A model generated the notes under the pieces. The model was not told the origin of the DNA and searched no databases. It saw nothing but the letters and a program-made list of their open reading frames with translations. The position numbers and the translations under genes are program-made. From Candidatus Latescibacterota bacterium (GTDB taxonomy: Bacteria > Latescibacterota > UBA2968 > UBA8231), in NCBI GenBank assembly GCA_965261395.1, contig OZ253462.1, positions 5,408,001-5,472,000 on the forward strand: 64,000 bases of DNA, read 5' to 3'. Below, in pieces: positions 39,172 to 49,787 of this stretch. Numbering within the stretch: the first letter of the stretch is position 1; each line of letters begins with the position of its first letter.

Positions 39172-39903
39172 ATGGCAGCAAATGGACCCGTTCCCACCGC
39201 TCGCGCCCAAGGCCGCGGCCCAACCATCTGGCTGGCCGGCTCGCCCGACGAGCTAAAGGAGTGGATGCCCCTCGGGATCACCGGAATCGTCACCAACACG
39301 GTGGTGCTCAACCTATACGCCAAACAATGCGGCTCGGTCATCAGCCTGATAGAGCAATATCTCGCGCTCACCGACAAGCCCATAGTAGTGGAAATCGACG
39401 GTCATTGCGTTGAAGAGCTGCTAGAAGTCGGGCAAGTTTTCACCAACATGTCGGAGCAGATCATCCTCAAGATCCCCTGCAACGTCAACGGACTCAAGGC
39501 ATTTAGCATCCTCAAGGACCGTGGCGTCGAGACCTTCTGCACCACGGTGTTCTCGCTGACGCAAGCCGTGGCCGTGGCCCAAGCCGGGGTTGACCACATC
39601 CTGCCGTTCTGCGAGCCGGTCAAAGAAGTGGGCGGCGACCCGACCAAGCTGATCCGCGAGTGCGCCCAGATGTTCAACGGCTGGGGCCAGCGCCCCTTCA
39701 TTATGGCCGCCCTCATCCGCTCGGTGGAGACCGCGCACGCCGCTTTCCTCGACGGGGCCGACGAACTGGTCACCATGTGGACGGTGTACCGCGACATGAT
39801 GGACCACCCGCTAACCGCGCAGTGGAACAAGACCTTTATGGACGAGTGGGTCGATATGCACCAGAGCGGCTTGTTGGAGGGAGTGCCGGTCCGGTCTCAT
39901 TGA
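39172..39903 (+). CDS. Transaldolase/fructose-6-phosphate aldolase family protein (divergent)
   Basis: GIVTN, IILKIP (Schiff-base Lys), TTVFSLTQA, MAALIRS, DHPLT. Confidence 0.8.
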   Translation: MAANGPVPTARAQGRGPTIWLAGSPDELKEWMPLGITGIVTNTVVLNLYAKQCGSVISLIEQYLALTDKPIVVEIDGHCVEELLEVGQVFTNMSEQIILKIPCNVNGLKAFSILKDRGVETFCTTVFSLTQAVAVAQAGVDHILPFCEPVKEVGGDPTKLIRECAQMFNGWGQRPFIMAALIRSVETAHAAFLDGADELVTMWTVYRDMMDHPLTAQWNKTFMDEWVDMHQSGLLEGVPVRSH

Positions 39904-40685
39904 CCGCGCGCGGCCGGGATCTGGCCCAGCAATTCGCTCCAGGCCACGCCCAGATCCATCACATCCCCGCCGCAGATTACCAAGTCGCAGCCCGCGTCCA
40001 TGGCGGCCGTAAGCAGGGGCCCCGGCAAGGTGAAGATGCCACTCAGCTTGCCGGCGGCCCGCGCCTTGGCCAAGCACGAGAGCACGGCCTCGCGCAGACG
40101 GGGATCGCCCATCTGGCCGGTACAGCCCATATCGACCGCTAGGTCCCCCGGCCCCATGAAGATCCCGGAGAGGCCCTCTACGGCGAGTATTTCATCGACA
40201 TTCGCCACGGCCTCTACAGTCTCAATCTGGGCAAAGAGGTGGGTGCGCGCATTGGCGCGGGCTAGGGCGTCGGGCAGGTTTTCCAGCCCAAAACCCATGC
40301 CGCGCGTGCGCACGTTGAAGCCGCGCCGGCCCAACGGCGGATACTTGCCCACCTCGACGATGCGGCGCGCGTAGGCCGCATCGTCCACCATGGGGACGAG
40401 AATGATCCGCGCCCCGATTTCGAGCGCTCGCAGCACGTGGTGGCGCTCGCCATCGGGCAAGCGAATGAGCGGGAACATGCCGCCGGCCTCCGCGGCCAAG
40501 CACAAGGTCTCAGCCCGCTCAAAGCCGACCGGGCCGTGTTCGCTTTCGATCCACACCGCTTCAAAACCGACCTGCGCCGCCAGCGAGACGAGCAAGGGCG
40601 AGGCGCTATTGACGGTGACGCCGCGGATCCGGCGCGGGCGACCGGCCGGATCTAAGAATACATCATCGGTAATTTTTAAGGTCAT
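39897..40685 (-). CDS. HpcH/HpaI aldolase family protein
   Basis: WIESEH, KYPPLGRRG, AQIET, FMGPGDL. Confidence 0.9.
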   Translation of the reverse strand: MTLKITDDVFLDPAGRPRRIRGVTVNSASPLLVSLAAQVGFEAVWIESEHGPVGFERAETLCLAAEAGGMFPLIRLPDGERHHVLRALEIGARIILVPMVDDAAYARRIVEVGKYPPLGRRGFNVRTRGMGFGLENLPDALARANARTHLFAQIETVEAVANVDEILAVEGLSGIFMGPGDLAVDMGCTGQMGDPRLREAVLSCLAKARAAGKLSGIFTLPGPLLTAAMDAGCDLVICGGDVMDLGVAWSELLGQIPAARGQ

Positions 40686-40779
40686 GGGAGCCGTTTCTCT
40701 TGCTTGAAGTCGCCCCAATATAGGGCTATTTTCCCTACCTCCCAAACGGCCCTATCCCCACTCCAAAGGAGGCCCTATC

Positions 40780-41484
40780 GTGATACCACTAGACTACGGA
40801 CGCTCATTTCTAATCGGCAACGACCCGGAAAACGAAGTGCGGTTCTGGGTCGAGTCGCGGACGCGCATCATCGACGAAGCCTCCGGCCAGAGCGAGGACT
40901 ACGTGCAGGTGGGGTCGTGCAAGAGCGAGCACACCTTTGCCAAAGAAAACCTCTTGCACGAGGACAACTACGACTTCCTGCCGGTCTTTGGCCCGGAGTG
41001 GTCGGTCGTCTATCGGCGTCACGCCTACCTGCGCGACGGCTATCGAGAAATCCGCCGCTCAGAGGAGCGGTGGAACGGGCAGCAGTACCATCTGATTGTC
41101 GGGAGCGATGTGGAGGAACTGACCAGCGATGCGGCGGTGCGCGAGGCGACCTACGACTCAGTGCCGATCGTAGCCCAAACCCAAGTGCGGAACGAAGAAA
41201 CCGGGTTGCAGGCGATCATGGAATACCCGGTCAAGACCATGAACACCAATCGCGCCAACGACATCTACCAAGTTGACACCGGCCCGGTGGCCTTCCCGGA
41301 CCTGAGCCAGCGCCACGCCCGCCACGTCGATGCCCTATCCCTGGCCTTTGTGGTCTTCAATGCGCCACACTTTGCCGACTTCGTCCTCGAAGCGCCGACC
41401 CGCGTAGGCGACGAGCAGGTGTATCACTATTCCAAGGTGGTGTCCCTAGCGGCAGTAAACAGGCTCTACGCGGTGCGATCTTAG
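40780..41484 (+). CDS. Hypothetical protein
   Basis: AAAGGAGG RBS, GTG start, host-like codon usage. Confidence 0.75.
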   Translation: MIPLDYGRSFLIGNDPENEVRFWVESRTRIIDEASGQSEDYVQVGSCKSEHTFAKENLLHEDNYDFLPVFGPEWSVVYRRHAYLRDGYREIRRSEERWNGQQYHLIVGSDVEELTSDAAVREATYDSVPIVAQTQVRNEETGLQAIMEYPVKTMNTNRANDIYQVDTGPVAFPDLSQRHARHVDALSLAFVVFNAPHFADFVLEAPTRVGDEQVYHYSKVVSLAAVNRLYAVRS

Positions 41485-41555
41485 AAGCTATTTGGAAATT
41501 TTGCCAAGATCACTTATTTCAATTTCACTAATGGTCTCATATCAAAGGAGGCACC

Positions 41556-42542
41556 ATGTACAGAGTAGGAGTCATTGGCTGCAGGGGCATTGGCGATCGG
41601 CATGCCCGCGGGACCGAGAGTCTGGAAAACGCCGAGGTCGTGGCCGGTTGCGACCTCGTGCCAGAGCAACGCGACGAATTTGCAGCGCAGTTCAAGGAGA
41701 CTAATCCCGAGCTGAAGCTGTACGCCGATTACCGGGAGATGCTGGAAAAGGCACAGCTCGACATCGTCACGGTGGCCACCGGCGACAACCGGCACGCCGA
41801 TCTAGTAGTGGCTGCGGCCGAAGCCGGTGCCAAGGGGATCTTCTGCGAAAAACCGCTGGCCACCAGCGTCGAGGACGCCGACCGCATGGTAGCGGCCGCG
41901 GAAAACCACAACGCCTTGTTGTCCGTCGACCACACTCGCCACTGGTTTCCCGTCTGGCATCGCTGCCACGAACTAGCGGCCACAGGCGAGATTGGCGACG
42001 TGAGAGCGGTCTTGTGCGAACACTACGGCACGCGATCAATGCTGTTCCGCAACGGCACCCACCTGCTCGACGCCATCATGTGGTTCGCCGGCAGTAAACC
42101 AGCGTGGCTCGTCGCCGAGCTAGAGGACGGATACGAAGACTACAGCGAGTATCGCGGCGACGGCGGACACGACCCAGCCACCGAGCCGAGCGCCAACGCC
42201 TACATCCACTTTGCCAACGGTGTGCGCGGGATCTACCTCGGGGAAAAACAGACCCCCAACCGACTCGATTTCACCGTGTCGGGCACCACGGGGAGCATTT
42301 TCATCGAGCGGGAAGGCGATGCGTACATCGAGCGAGACGGAGAACGGGAGTTGATTGAACCGCGCCCGTGGGAAGTTGAGGGAATCGAAGCGGGCGTGCA
42401 CGAACTCGTGCGCGCGCTCGATGGCGAAGGTGAGCTGTCGTGTACCGGCCGAGATGGTCTGACCGTTGTGGAGATGATAATCGCCTGCCTGCAATCGCAG
42501 CAGCAGAACAACGCAAAAGTCGCGCTACCGCTAGCTCGGTAG
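41556..42542 (+). CDS. Gfo/Idh/MocA family oxidoreductase
   Basis: VIGCRGIG, IFCEKP, GTHLLD. AGGAGG RBS. Confidence 0.9.
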   Translation: MYRVGVIGCRGIGDRHARGTESLENAEVVAGCDLVPEQRDEFAAQFKETNPELKLYADYREMLEKAQLDIVTVATGDNRHADLVVAAAEAGAKGIFCEKPLATSVEDADRMVAAAENHNALLSVDHTRHWFPVWHRCHELAATGEIGDVRAVLCEHYGTRSMLFRNGTHLLDAIMWFAGSKPAWLVAELEDGYEDYSEYRGDGGHDPATEPSANAYIHFANGVRGIYLGEKQTPNRLDFTVSGTTGSIFIEREGDAYIERDGERELIEPRPWEVEGIEAGVHELVRALDGEGELSCTGRDGLTVVEMIIACLQSQQQNNAKVALPLAR

Positions 42543-42605
42543 GAGCCCGAGGACGACTGACGGGAGAGCGGTTTCCCGGAAGAATTGGCCGGAGGCCAAC
42601 CACAT

Positions 42606-43421
42606 TTACGCATAGGGCCAGAACTGATTCCACGCAGTCAGCCAGTCTGCTGCGCGACTTTCAACGGAGAGCGGCCCCGTCACCTCAACCCCAGGTCGCC
42701 CTTTGAACTCGGCGAGTTGATCGACGCTGGCGAGTTCGATGCGGATAGTCGTTGGCTGTTCAGGGACATACGGCTTGGTCCGAGTCAGATCGGTGAGCGC
42801 GTTTTTAGCCGCGTCTTCGATCAACTGACGGGCGCGAACGGGCGGTAGCTGGCGCGCGCTAAATCGGCTGAGTCCCTTTTTAACGGCAACGGTTGGCAGC
42901 GATTCGCCGAGCAGTGCTCTGGCTTCTCGGCAGACGGCCTCATCGCCGGTAATGAGGGCAATCGGCACTCCGTAGTGCCCGTTGAGCGCGGCGTTGACGC
43001 CGGTTTCCCCGACGAGATCGTCGTTGAACCAGAGATTTCTATACTGGACGCTGGAGATGGTGTGGCACAGCACCCCGTCGGGGGTGCCGTCGCGGGCGTG
43101 CATGCCGATGAGCAGACAGGCGTCGCATCCTTGCTCCCACAGCTCGTCGTAGCGGCCCCACCCGTGATGGGCAACCCATTCGCAGTCGGGATGAATTTTG
43201 TCGGGGATGAGCGAATTAAAGCTCCATCCTTTGCCCGCACCGTGACAATCGACCACGACAATTTCCGTCGCGCCAGCGGCTTTGGCTCCGCGCACCGCGG
43301 CGTTGATTTCTTCCGTGTAGAGCTGCCGGCCCTCCTCAAACATCGCGGCACCGCCGCTGACCTGCTCCCACACCACAATGCCACTTACGCCTTCCATATC
43401 GGACATGATCAGCACGCGCAT
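42606..43421 (-). CDS. M55 family D-aminopeptidase (DppA-like)
   Basis: SDMEG, DCHG, IGMHA, LCHT, GETGVNA. Confidence 0.9.
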   Translation of the reverse strand: MRVLIMSDMEGVSGIVVWEQVSGGAAMFEEGRQLYTEEINAAVRGAKAAGATEIVVVDCHGAGKGWSFNSLIPDKIHPDCEWVAHHGWGRYDELWEQGCDACLLIGMHARDGTPDGVLCHTISSVQYRNLWFNDDLVGETGVNAALNGHYGVPIALITGDEAVCREARALLGESLPTVAVKKGLSRFSARQLPPVRARQLIEDAAKNALTDLTRTKPYVPEQPTTIRIELASVDQLAEFKGRPGVEVTGPLSVESRAADWLTAWNQFWPYA

Positions 43422-43875
43422 TATCTCGTTCTCCTCGAATCGTTTAGACGTGGATTTCAATGGTTCAACCGTCGGCGTATAAGATAGGGCTGAAACCGAA
43501 GTGCTTCATAGCCTTTATTAACCGTCAACGAAGCGAGTAGTGGGTTCGATTGAATTGCACGAATCCATGTAGTGTGGAAGTCTGGGTAAAATCGGGTTTG
43601 TTTATTTGGAGTTACACATATATCTTTGAGCAATGAGTTGTAAACAGTTACAGGGCGTAAAATTATCACAGCCGCTAGATTCCCCCATCTTCGCGCAACG
43701 CCCCATTGACTCATCAAGAGTAGCAACGGCAAAACCCCACATCCCCCACCGCTCCCGGTCTAGTCGGCTTCTTGCGCCGAGTTTCTCAGCGACCAGAGCG
43801 TCCGATATTTTTAGAAAAGAATTAAAAAAACATCGGTACCCTCCCCTCGAGTACCCCCCTATTGAGGAGTAAACA

Positions 43876-45091
43876 TTGAAAAGTGCTGTCTATAGCATCC
43901 TGCCCGAACCTCTAAACCGAGGCGATTTCAAGACAAAAATCTTGCTGCCTTTAGTAGCATTCATTGGGTTTTCTTGCACCGATCATGAAAATCCGCTAGC
44001 ACTCATTAGCACGCCCGCCGGCAAGGCCAAGGTGGATTCGGACTCCGACGAATGCCTTGCCATCTCTTGGACTTGCGATACCGAGGTCGATTCCGTGTGG
44101 ACGGTCTTCTATGGATCAGACTATCGGTTCCAAACCCACGGCGACAGCGTCCTGTTTTCGCATTATTTCGCATTATATGGACAGTACTAGTAAAAAACAA
44201 TATTGGGCATCAGAAACTTCAGCCCGCTTGGGGAGAGTTAGGTCGGGTTTCCGGTCGGGTGATGGAACGTGTGGCATCTGGAGCGAGGCCATCGACCATG
44301 ATTCCTCTGTGGTGCGTATCTATAAAGGGGATGTAGGCTACTTGTATAGAGATACGCCTAATGCCAGATATGTGCTGTCAGAAGACGATGTGCAGTATCC
44401 AATCGCCTTTGTGGCAGAAGAGGGGTCGGTGCACCACCGCGATTTTCTTAGTGTCCATAATCGCAACGACCCGAGGCCGGCCGATCTTGTAGAAATAGGA
44501 GCCAATCCTATGAGGGCCTACTACCTTCCGGTTAATTTTAGTACCGCTGCGACCGATACGCTTACAGACATTCCCCAAGACGACCGGCCTTATTTGGAGG
44601 ATTCCATTTGTTCGGGTGATGAATGTCCTGAGTGGGCGGAGCCAATTTGTCCGTCTGACGAGGAAGAAGAGAATGTCGTCGTTCGAGATGCTTCTACTAC
44701 GAGCAATCCCAACTCATCCGATACGTCCAACCCACCCGGTGCTTCCAACCCACCCGATACGTCCAACCCACCCGATACGTCCAACCCACCCGATACGTCC
44801 AACCCACCCGATACGTCCAACCCACCCGAGCCGCTACTAACAGGTATAAGCCTTGGGTGGTTTGGCTCCTTCATAGAGTTGTCCCTGGAACCAGCGGATG
44901 CTCAATACGGGTCTATAAGATTCGACACCGACCCTAGTGGACGCATACGCTTCGGTACTCAGATTGGTGGTGATATACTTTTTTGGTGGTCCTGCGCCGA
45001 CGGCTACAATGGCAACGTGACAATCACGGCTACGGTTGATGGAAGCAACGGCAGCGAGCACGAAGCGTCTCTCGTATCCACTTGCCAGTGA
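43876..45091 (+). pseudogene. Putative lipoprotein gene frameshifted by a 10-bp tandem duplication
   Basis: GAGGAG RBS. Lipobox-like GFSC. tttcgcatta occurs twice at 44156-44175; removing one copy joins the two ORFs (…LFSHYMDSTSKKQYW…). Confidence 0.7.
44718..44829 (+). repeat. 18-bp coding tandem repeat, six copies (DTSNPP linker)
   Basis: Unit ccgatacgtccaacccac. Copy 2 is a variant (GASNPP). Confidence 0.95.
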
Positions 45092-45202
45092 AATCCGCTG
45101 CGGTTCAGGCTTCTGTCGGCTTGAGCTGTTGTTCGATACCAACGGCGAATTTTACTACGGGCGCTTGAGTTTAGACCTATAGCGCTAGCCGCCCGAGACA
45201 AG

Positions 45203-45240
45203 AAAGCCCTGCACTCCGCTGAGGGGTGCAGGGCTTTTTG
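45203..45240. terminator. Bidirectional intrinsic terminator
   Basis: aaagccctgcactcc-gctga-ggggtgcagggctttttg between convergent genes. Confidence 0.75.
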
Positions 45241-45269
45241 TATAATGTGGTTCCAGTCCGCAATCGGAT

Positions 45270-45983
45270 TCAGCAGCAGCCCTTCACTTCTTGGTCGGTG
45301 GGCGCTTGGCAGCGAATGAATTCGTAGAACAGCGCGCCGGCTGCGGCCCCCAGCACCGGACCGACGATGTATGCAGCAAAAGCCGTCCATTCGCCGGCTG
45401 CCAAGGCCGGGCCTAAGCTGCGGGCTGGATTCATCGAGGCCCCGCACAACGGCCCGGCGAACATGGCCTCTAGCCCCACGGTGCCGCCAATGGCCAGACC
45501 GGCCGCCGGCCCCACGGCGCGAAAATCGGTCGCCATGCTCATGATGACCAGCATCAACAAAAAGGTCAGCATGAATTCCCACACTAGGGCCGTGGTGAAC
45601 GAGCCGTCCACCGGCAGGGTGACCCCCAAGTTCAGTATCTGTTCAGGTTGCGTGGCGACCAGTACCGACGACAAACTCGCCACGTGTATGTAGCTGGCCA
45701 CCACCGCTCCGGCGCACTGGGCCGAGATATAGGGCGCGATCTCCCTTTTGGGAAAATGCCGCGTCAAGGCGAACGCGAGGGTCACCGCCGGGTTGAAATG
45801 CGCCCCGGAAATGTGGCCGGTGGCATAGATCATCACCATGATGACCAGCCCAAACGTGGCGGCAACGCCCACATGACTGACTGCCCCGCCGGAAATCTGA
45901 TTGATGGCCACGGCACCGCATCCGGCAAAGACAATGGCAAACGCGCCGATGAATTCAGCGGCACATTTTCGCAATAGATTCAT
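45270..45983 (-). CDS. MIP family channel (aquaporin/NIP-like)
   Basis: Two NPA motifs: HISGAHFNPAVT and GASMNPARS. C-terminal GCC. Confidence 0.92.
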   Translation of the reverse strand: MNLLRKCAAEFIGAFAIVFAGCGAVAINQISGGAVSHVGVAATFGLVIMVMIYATGHISGAHFNPAVTLAFALTRHFPKREIAPYISAQCAGAVVASYIHVASLSSVLVATQPEQILNLGVTLPVDGSFTTALVWEFMLTFLLMLVIMSMATDFRAVGPAAGLAIGGTVGLEAMFAGPLCGASMNPARSLGPALAAGEWTAFAAYIVGPVLGAAAGALFYEFIRCQAPTDQEVKGCC

Positions 45984-46165
45984 AGTTTCCCCATTTGGAT
46001 AGCAAGAGCCGCATCCGCAAAAAAACTATAAAAATGTAGCGGGCCATGCTGCCTCGCTCAACAACTGCACTCATTGACCCTACCCGTCGTTTGTTATACT
46101 TTTTTGTGAAATGTATAACATCCATATTCCGCTATCGATGGATTAACCTAACAGAACGGAGAATC

Positions 46166-46399
46166 ATGGCATCGGCCCGCATATCGGCCAAAGGCTGGGT
46201 CGTCATTCCGGCACCGCTGCGCAAGAAATACCGCCTACAGCCCGGCGACCAAGTGCGTATTGTCGATTACGGCGGCGGCTTGGCCCTCGTGCCCGCCCTT
46301 GGCGATCCCATCGAAGAAACCCAAGGGATGCTCGCGGGGCCAACATCCCTAGTGGAAGCCCTGCTTTCCCAGCGCGCCGAGGATCGTCGGCTTGAATGA
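46166..46399 (+). CDS. AbrB/MazE-family antitoxin
   Basis: MASARISAKGWVVIPAPLRKKYRLQPGD. GGAG RBS. Overlaps the PIN gene. Confidence 0.85.
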   Translation: MASARISAKGWVVIPAPLRKKYRLQPGDQVRIVDYGGGLALVPALGDPIEETQGMLAGPTSLVEALLSQRAEDRRLE

Positions 46400-46808
46400 C
46401 CCCGGAGACCGCGTGCTCGATAGTTACGCGCTCTTAGCCTATCTGGAGAATGAAGTGGGTGCCCTTCAGGTTAAATCCCTGCTCAGCCAGGCAGAAACAG
46501 GCCCAAGCCGCCTGTGGATGTCCATCGTCAATTTGGGGGAAGTCCTCTATATCACTGAGCGTGAACGGGGCTTGGCCCACAGCCGCAATGTCCTAGCGGC
46601 TGTGGAGCAATTGCCGGTGGACATGGTCCTCGCCGACCGCGCCCATACTTTGTCTGCCGCCCATATCAAGGCCCGTTTCCCGCTCTCCTATGCCGATGCC
46701 TTCGCCGCCGCTCTGGCCCAAATCAAAGGTGTCCCTCTCGTGACCGGCGACGGAGAATTCAGCCGGGTCGAATCCCTCGTCGCCATCGAGTGGCTTCCTA
46801 GGCATTAG
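46392..46808 (+). CDS. vapC: VapC-family PIN toxin
   Basis: VLDSYALLA, NLGEV, LSYADAF, LVTGDGEF. Confidence 0.88.
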   Translation: MNDPGDRVLDSYALLAYLENEVGALQVKSLLSQAETGPSRLWMSIVNLGEVLYITERERGLAHSRNVLAAVEQLPVDMVLADRAHTLSAAHIKARFPLSYADAFAAALAQIKGVPLVTGDGEFSRVESLVAIEWLPRH

Positions 46809-46866
46809 TTCGTTGGCAGTTCCGTGGGGCAGTCAGTTTCGACAATTTGAATCCATAGGTGGCAAT

Positions 46867-49629
46867 GTGTCTAGGGCACTGATTGGCTGCGCTCTGTTTA
46901 TCGCAATTCTGGTGGTTGGATGCGCCCCTTCGGAACAGCCGCAGTCGGCCTCAGTCCAATCCCCTGCTCACCTCTCCCCAACGGGTATGGCTGATAACCA
47001 CCCCGTGTTATTCGCCGATGTAGCGGCCCAAGTCGGCCTAGATTTCGTCAATCTCTCGGGGAAGGACGACCCGAGGCTTTTGGTGGAAACCACGGGCACC
47101 GGCGCGGCCTTTCTCGACTACGATAATGATGGCTGGCTGGACCTCTTTTTCGTCAACGGCACCTTGCTAGACGCTGATCCGCCCCAAGCGACCAACCGCC
47201 TCTTCCACAACGAACCCGACCCCAGCGCCCAAAGACACTTCCGCGAAGTCACCCGTCAAAGCGGCTTGCTATCCAAGGGTTGGGGCATGGGTTGCGCTAC
47301 TGGTGATATCGACAACGATGGCGATACCGACCTATTAGCGACCTATTGGGGTCCCAATCTGTTGTATCGCAATAACGGCGACAGCACCTTTGACGAGATC
47401 GCCGCTCAAGCCGGAGTGGACCACCCCGGTTGGGGCACCAGTGCGGCTTTTGCCGATTTGGATGGCGACGGCTGGCTGGACCTCTACGTGACCAACTACC
47501 TCCACATCGACCTAGACCATCCCCCCAAGGACGGCCAACCGTGCCAATACAAGGGACTGTCCGTACCGTGCGGACCACAGGGGGTTCCAGCCCAAGCCGA
47601 TGTGCTCTACCGCAACAGAGGCGACGGCACCTTCGCCGATATGAGTGCAAGCAGCGGCCTAGACCAGTGGAGCTATGCCGGTTTGGGCGTTGCGTTTGGC
47701 GACTTCGATAACGACGGCGATCTGGATATTTACGTTGCCAACGACAGCGAGCCCAATATGCTTTTGCGCAACGACGGCGACTGGTACTTCAGCGAAATCG
47801 GCCAATCAGCCGGGGCAGCCTATAGCGAGAGCGGGCGGCCCCAGGCCGGCATGGGGGTCCACAGCGGCGATTATGACAACGATGGCGACCTCGATTTATT
47901 TGTGACCAATTTCTCCGAAGACTACAATACCCTGTACCAGAACCAATCCCCGACGACGACTGACTCCATGTGCTTTGTCGATGTCTCGCACGCCACCGGC
48001 TTGAGTGCCGGCGACCGGCCTTATCTCGGCTGGGCGACCGCTTTCTGGGATTACGACAACAATGGCTGGCTGGATCTATATGTAATTAACGGCCACGTTT
48101 ATCCACAGTTGGGAGTACATGCTTCGGGGTTGACCTATCGACAGCGCAACCTGCTCTATCAAAATCAGCATGGGCACTTTATAGAAGTGGGCCGCCGGGC
48201 CGGAGCGGCTTGGCAGCTCGAAGCGGCCAGTCGCGCGGCGGCCCAAGGTGACTACGACAACGATGGCGACCTCGATCTAGCCGTGGTAAATCACAACGCA
48301 GCACCGACCCTGTTGCGCAACGAGGGAGGAAACTTCAATAACTGGCTGGGTCTTGAACTGGTGGGTCATGTCAGCAACCGGGATGGTATCGGTGCTAGGA
48401 TCTGGATTTTCACCGCCGATCAGGTGCAAATGAGAGAAGTGTTTCGGGGTTATGGTTTTCAAAGCCAACACGATCCTCGTGTGTTGATAGGACTAGGTGC
48501 GAACCAAACCGTAGATCGAGTCGAAATACACTGGCCATCGGGCTCTCGTCAAACAATTGCTGCACCGCCGGTGCGGCGCTACCTCAAAGTACACGAGGGC
48601 CGCGATGGCTTCGAGCAAGGACCGGCTATCCCCCCTCCCCAGAGCGAATCTCTTATCGCTTCGGCACCAACGCCGAACTGGAGCGCCTCTGATTTCGCGG
48701 CCCTTGGGAACCAATACTATCAGGCCGGACACTACGGTGAAGCCCACGCCGCCTTCTATCGGGCCTTGGCCTTGGATCCGATCCATAAGCTGGCCAACCT
48801 GGGCATGGGCACATTGCTCTACGCCGGCATGGGTGCAGCCAATGAGGCGCTTTCGTATGTGGAAGAGGCGGCCCGCCGCGATTCATCCTCGGCGGAGAGC
48901 TTTCTCGTTCTCGGCAAAGTCTATCTGGACTTGGAGCGGCCCGCGTTAGCTGCCCGGGCTTTGGAGCGGGTCGCCAGACTGCGGGCACAGGATTGGGAGG
49001 CGTACTTCTGGCTGGGTCGGGCCTATGAGCAAAGCAATCGTTTGACCGAAGCCACAAATGCGTTTGGCAACGCCACAAGGTGGGCACCTTGGGAACCCGA
49101 GCCGCTGTTGGCACTGGCACAGCTCTACGCAAGGCAGGGCAATGAAAAAGCGGCTGCGGCAGCAAACAAACGGTTTGCACGGTATCGCCGACTCGCGCAA
49201 CGCGTCGAATCCCTACAGTCCCAGATTGACCGCGAGCCGCAAAACGAAAAGGCCTTTTTAGATCTGGGGCTGGCGTATATGGAGCAAGGCAGACTGGAGC
49301 GGGCTGCAGCGCACTATCAAGGGATGGTAACACGAGCGCCGCAAAGTGCGCTTGGTCTGTACGGCCTTGGCCTCCTCTGCTTGCGCCGCAATGACCCCCA
49401 AGGTGCCCTCGGCTATTTGCATAAAGCAGCGATCTATTCACCAGATGACGCCGAGATTCGCGGTGCCTTGGGCCAGGCATATTTCCAGCTAGAGCGCTAC
49501 GACGAAGCCGTGGTGGAGTGGGAACAAATCGCGGACACAACCCGCATCGGCCGCATGTTGCAGCAAGCGCGTGCTCGAATAGCATCCGCAGCGGAAGGTC
49601 TCCCGCCCGATGCCAAAAGGGGCCGCTAG
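46867..49629 (+). CDS. CRTAC1-like FG-GAP/VCBS repeat plus ASPIC/UnbV domain lipoprotein with C-terminal TPRs
   Basis: Lipobox VVGC. Repeated DYDNDGxLD motifs. SNRDGIGARI...IGLG...IHWPSG. TPR helices. Start approximate. Confidence 0.88.
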   Translation: MSRALIGCALFIAILVVGCAPSEQPQSASVQSPAHLSPTGMADNHPVLFADVAAQVGLDFVNLSGKDDPRLLVETTGTGAAFLDYDNDGWLDLFFVNGTLLDADPPQATNRLFHNEPDPSAQRHFREVTRQSGLLSKGWGMGCATGDIDNDGDTDLLATYWGPNLLYRNNGDSTFDEIAAQAGVDHPGWGTSAAFADLDGDGWLDLYVTNYLHIDLDHPPKDGQPCQYKGLSVPCGPQGVPAQADVLYRNRGDGTFADMSASSGLDQWSYAGLGVAFGDFDNDGDLDIYVANDSEPNMLLRNDGDWYFSEIGQSAGAAYSESGRPQAGMGVHSGDYDNDGDLDLFVTNFSEDYNTLYQNQSPTTTDSMCFVDVSHATGLSAGDRPYLGWATAFWDYDNNGWLDLYVINGHVYPQLGVHASGLTYRQRNLLYQNQHGHFIEVGRRAGAAWQLEAASRAAAQGDYDNDGDLDLAVVNHNAAPTLLRNEGGNFNNWLGLELVGHVSNRDGIGARIWIFTADQVQMREVFRGYGFQSQHDPRVLIGLGANQTVDRVEIHWPSGSRQTIAAPPVRRYLKVHEGRDGFEQGPAIPPPQSESLIASAPTPNWSASDFAALGNQYYQAGHYGEAHAAFYRALALDPIHKLANLGMGTLLYAGMGAANEALSYVEEAARRDSSSAESFLVLGKVYLDLERPALAARALERVARLRAQDWEAYFWLGRAYEQSNRLTEATNAFGNATRWAPWEPEPLLALAQLYARQGNEKAAAAANKRFARYRRLAQRVESLQSQIDREPQNEKAFLDLGLAYMEQGRLERAAAHYQGMVTRAPQSALGLYGLGLLCLRRNDPQGALGYLHKAAIYSPDDAEIRGALGQAYFQLERYDEAVVEWEQIADTTRIGRMLQQARARIASAAEGLPPDAKRGR

Positions 49630-49787
49630 AAGCTTGATAAGTCCTTAGAGGCGGTCCGCCCCAAAGCGAATTGCCAGCACCCGCTTTGGTGTACAGAGGT
49701 TACAATCTATATTCTCCCCTAGGGGAAGCGGCTTAATCCATCCCTGTTTTTCCCCTACTTCCGTCCGACCAAGACAAGGAGTGCCCC

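Noticed and set aside
44718-44829. CRISPR array
   Set aside because: The 18-bp units are contiguous with no spacers and encode an in-frame DTSNPP linker.
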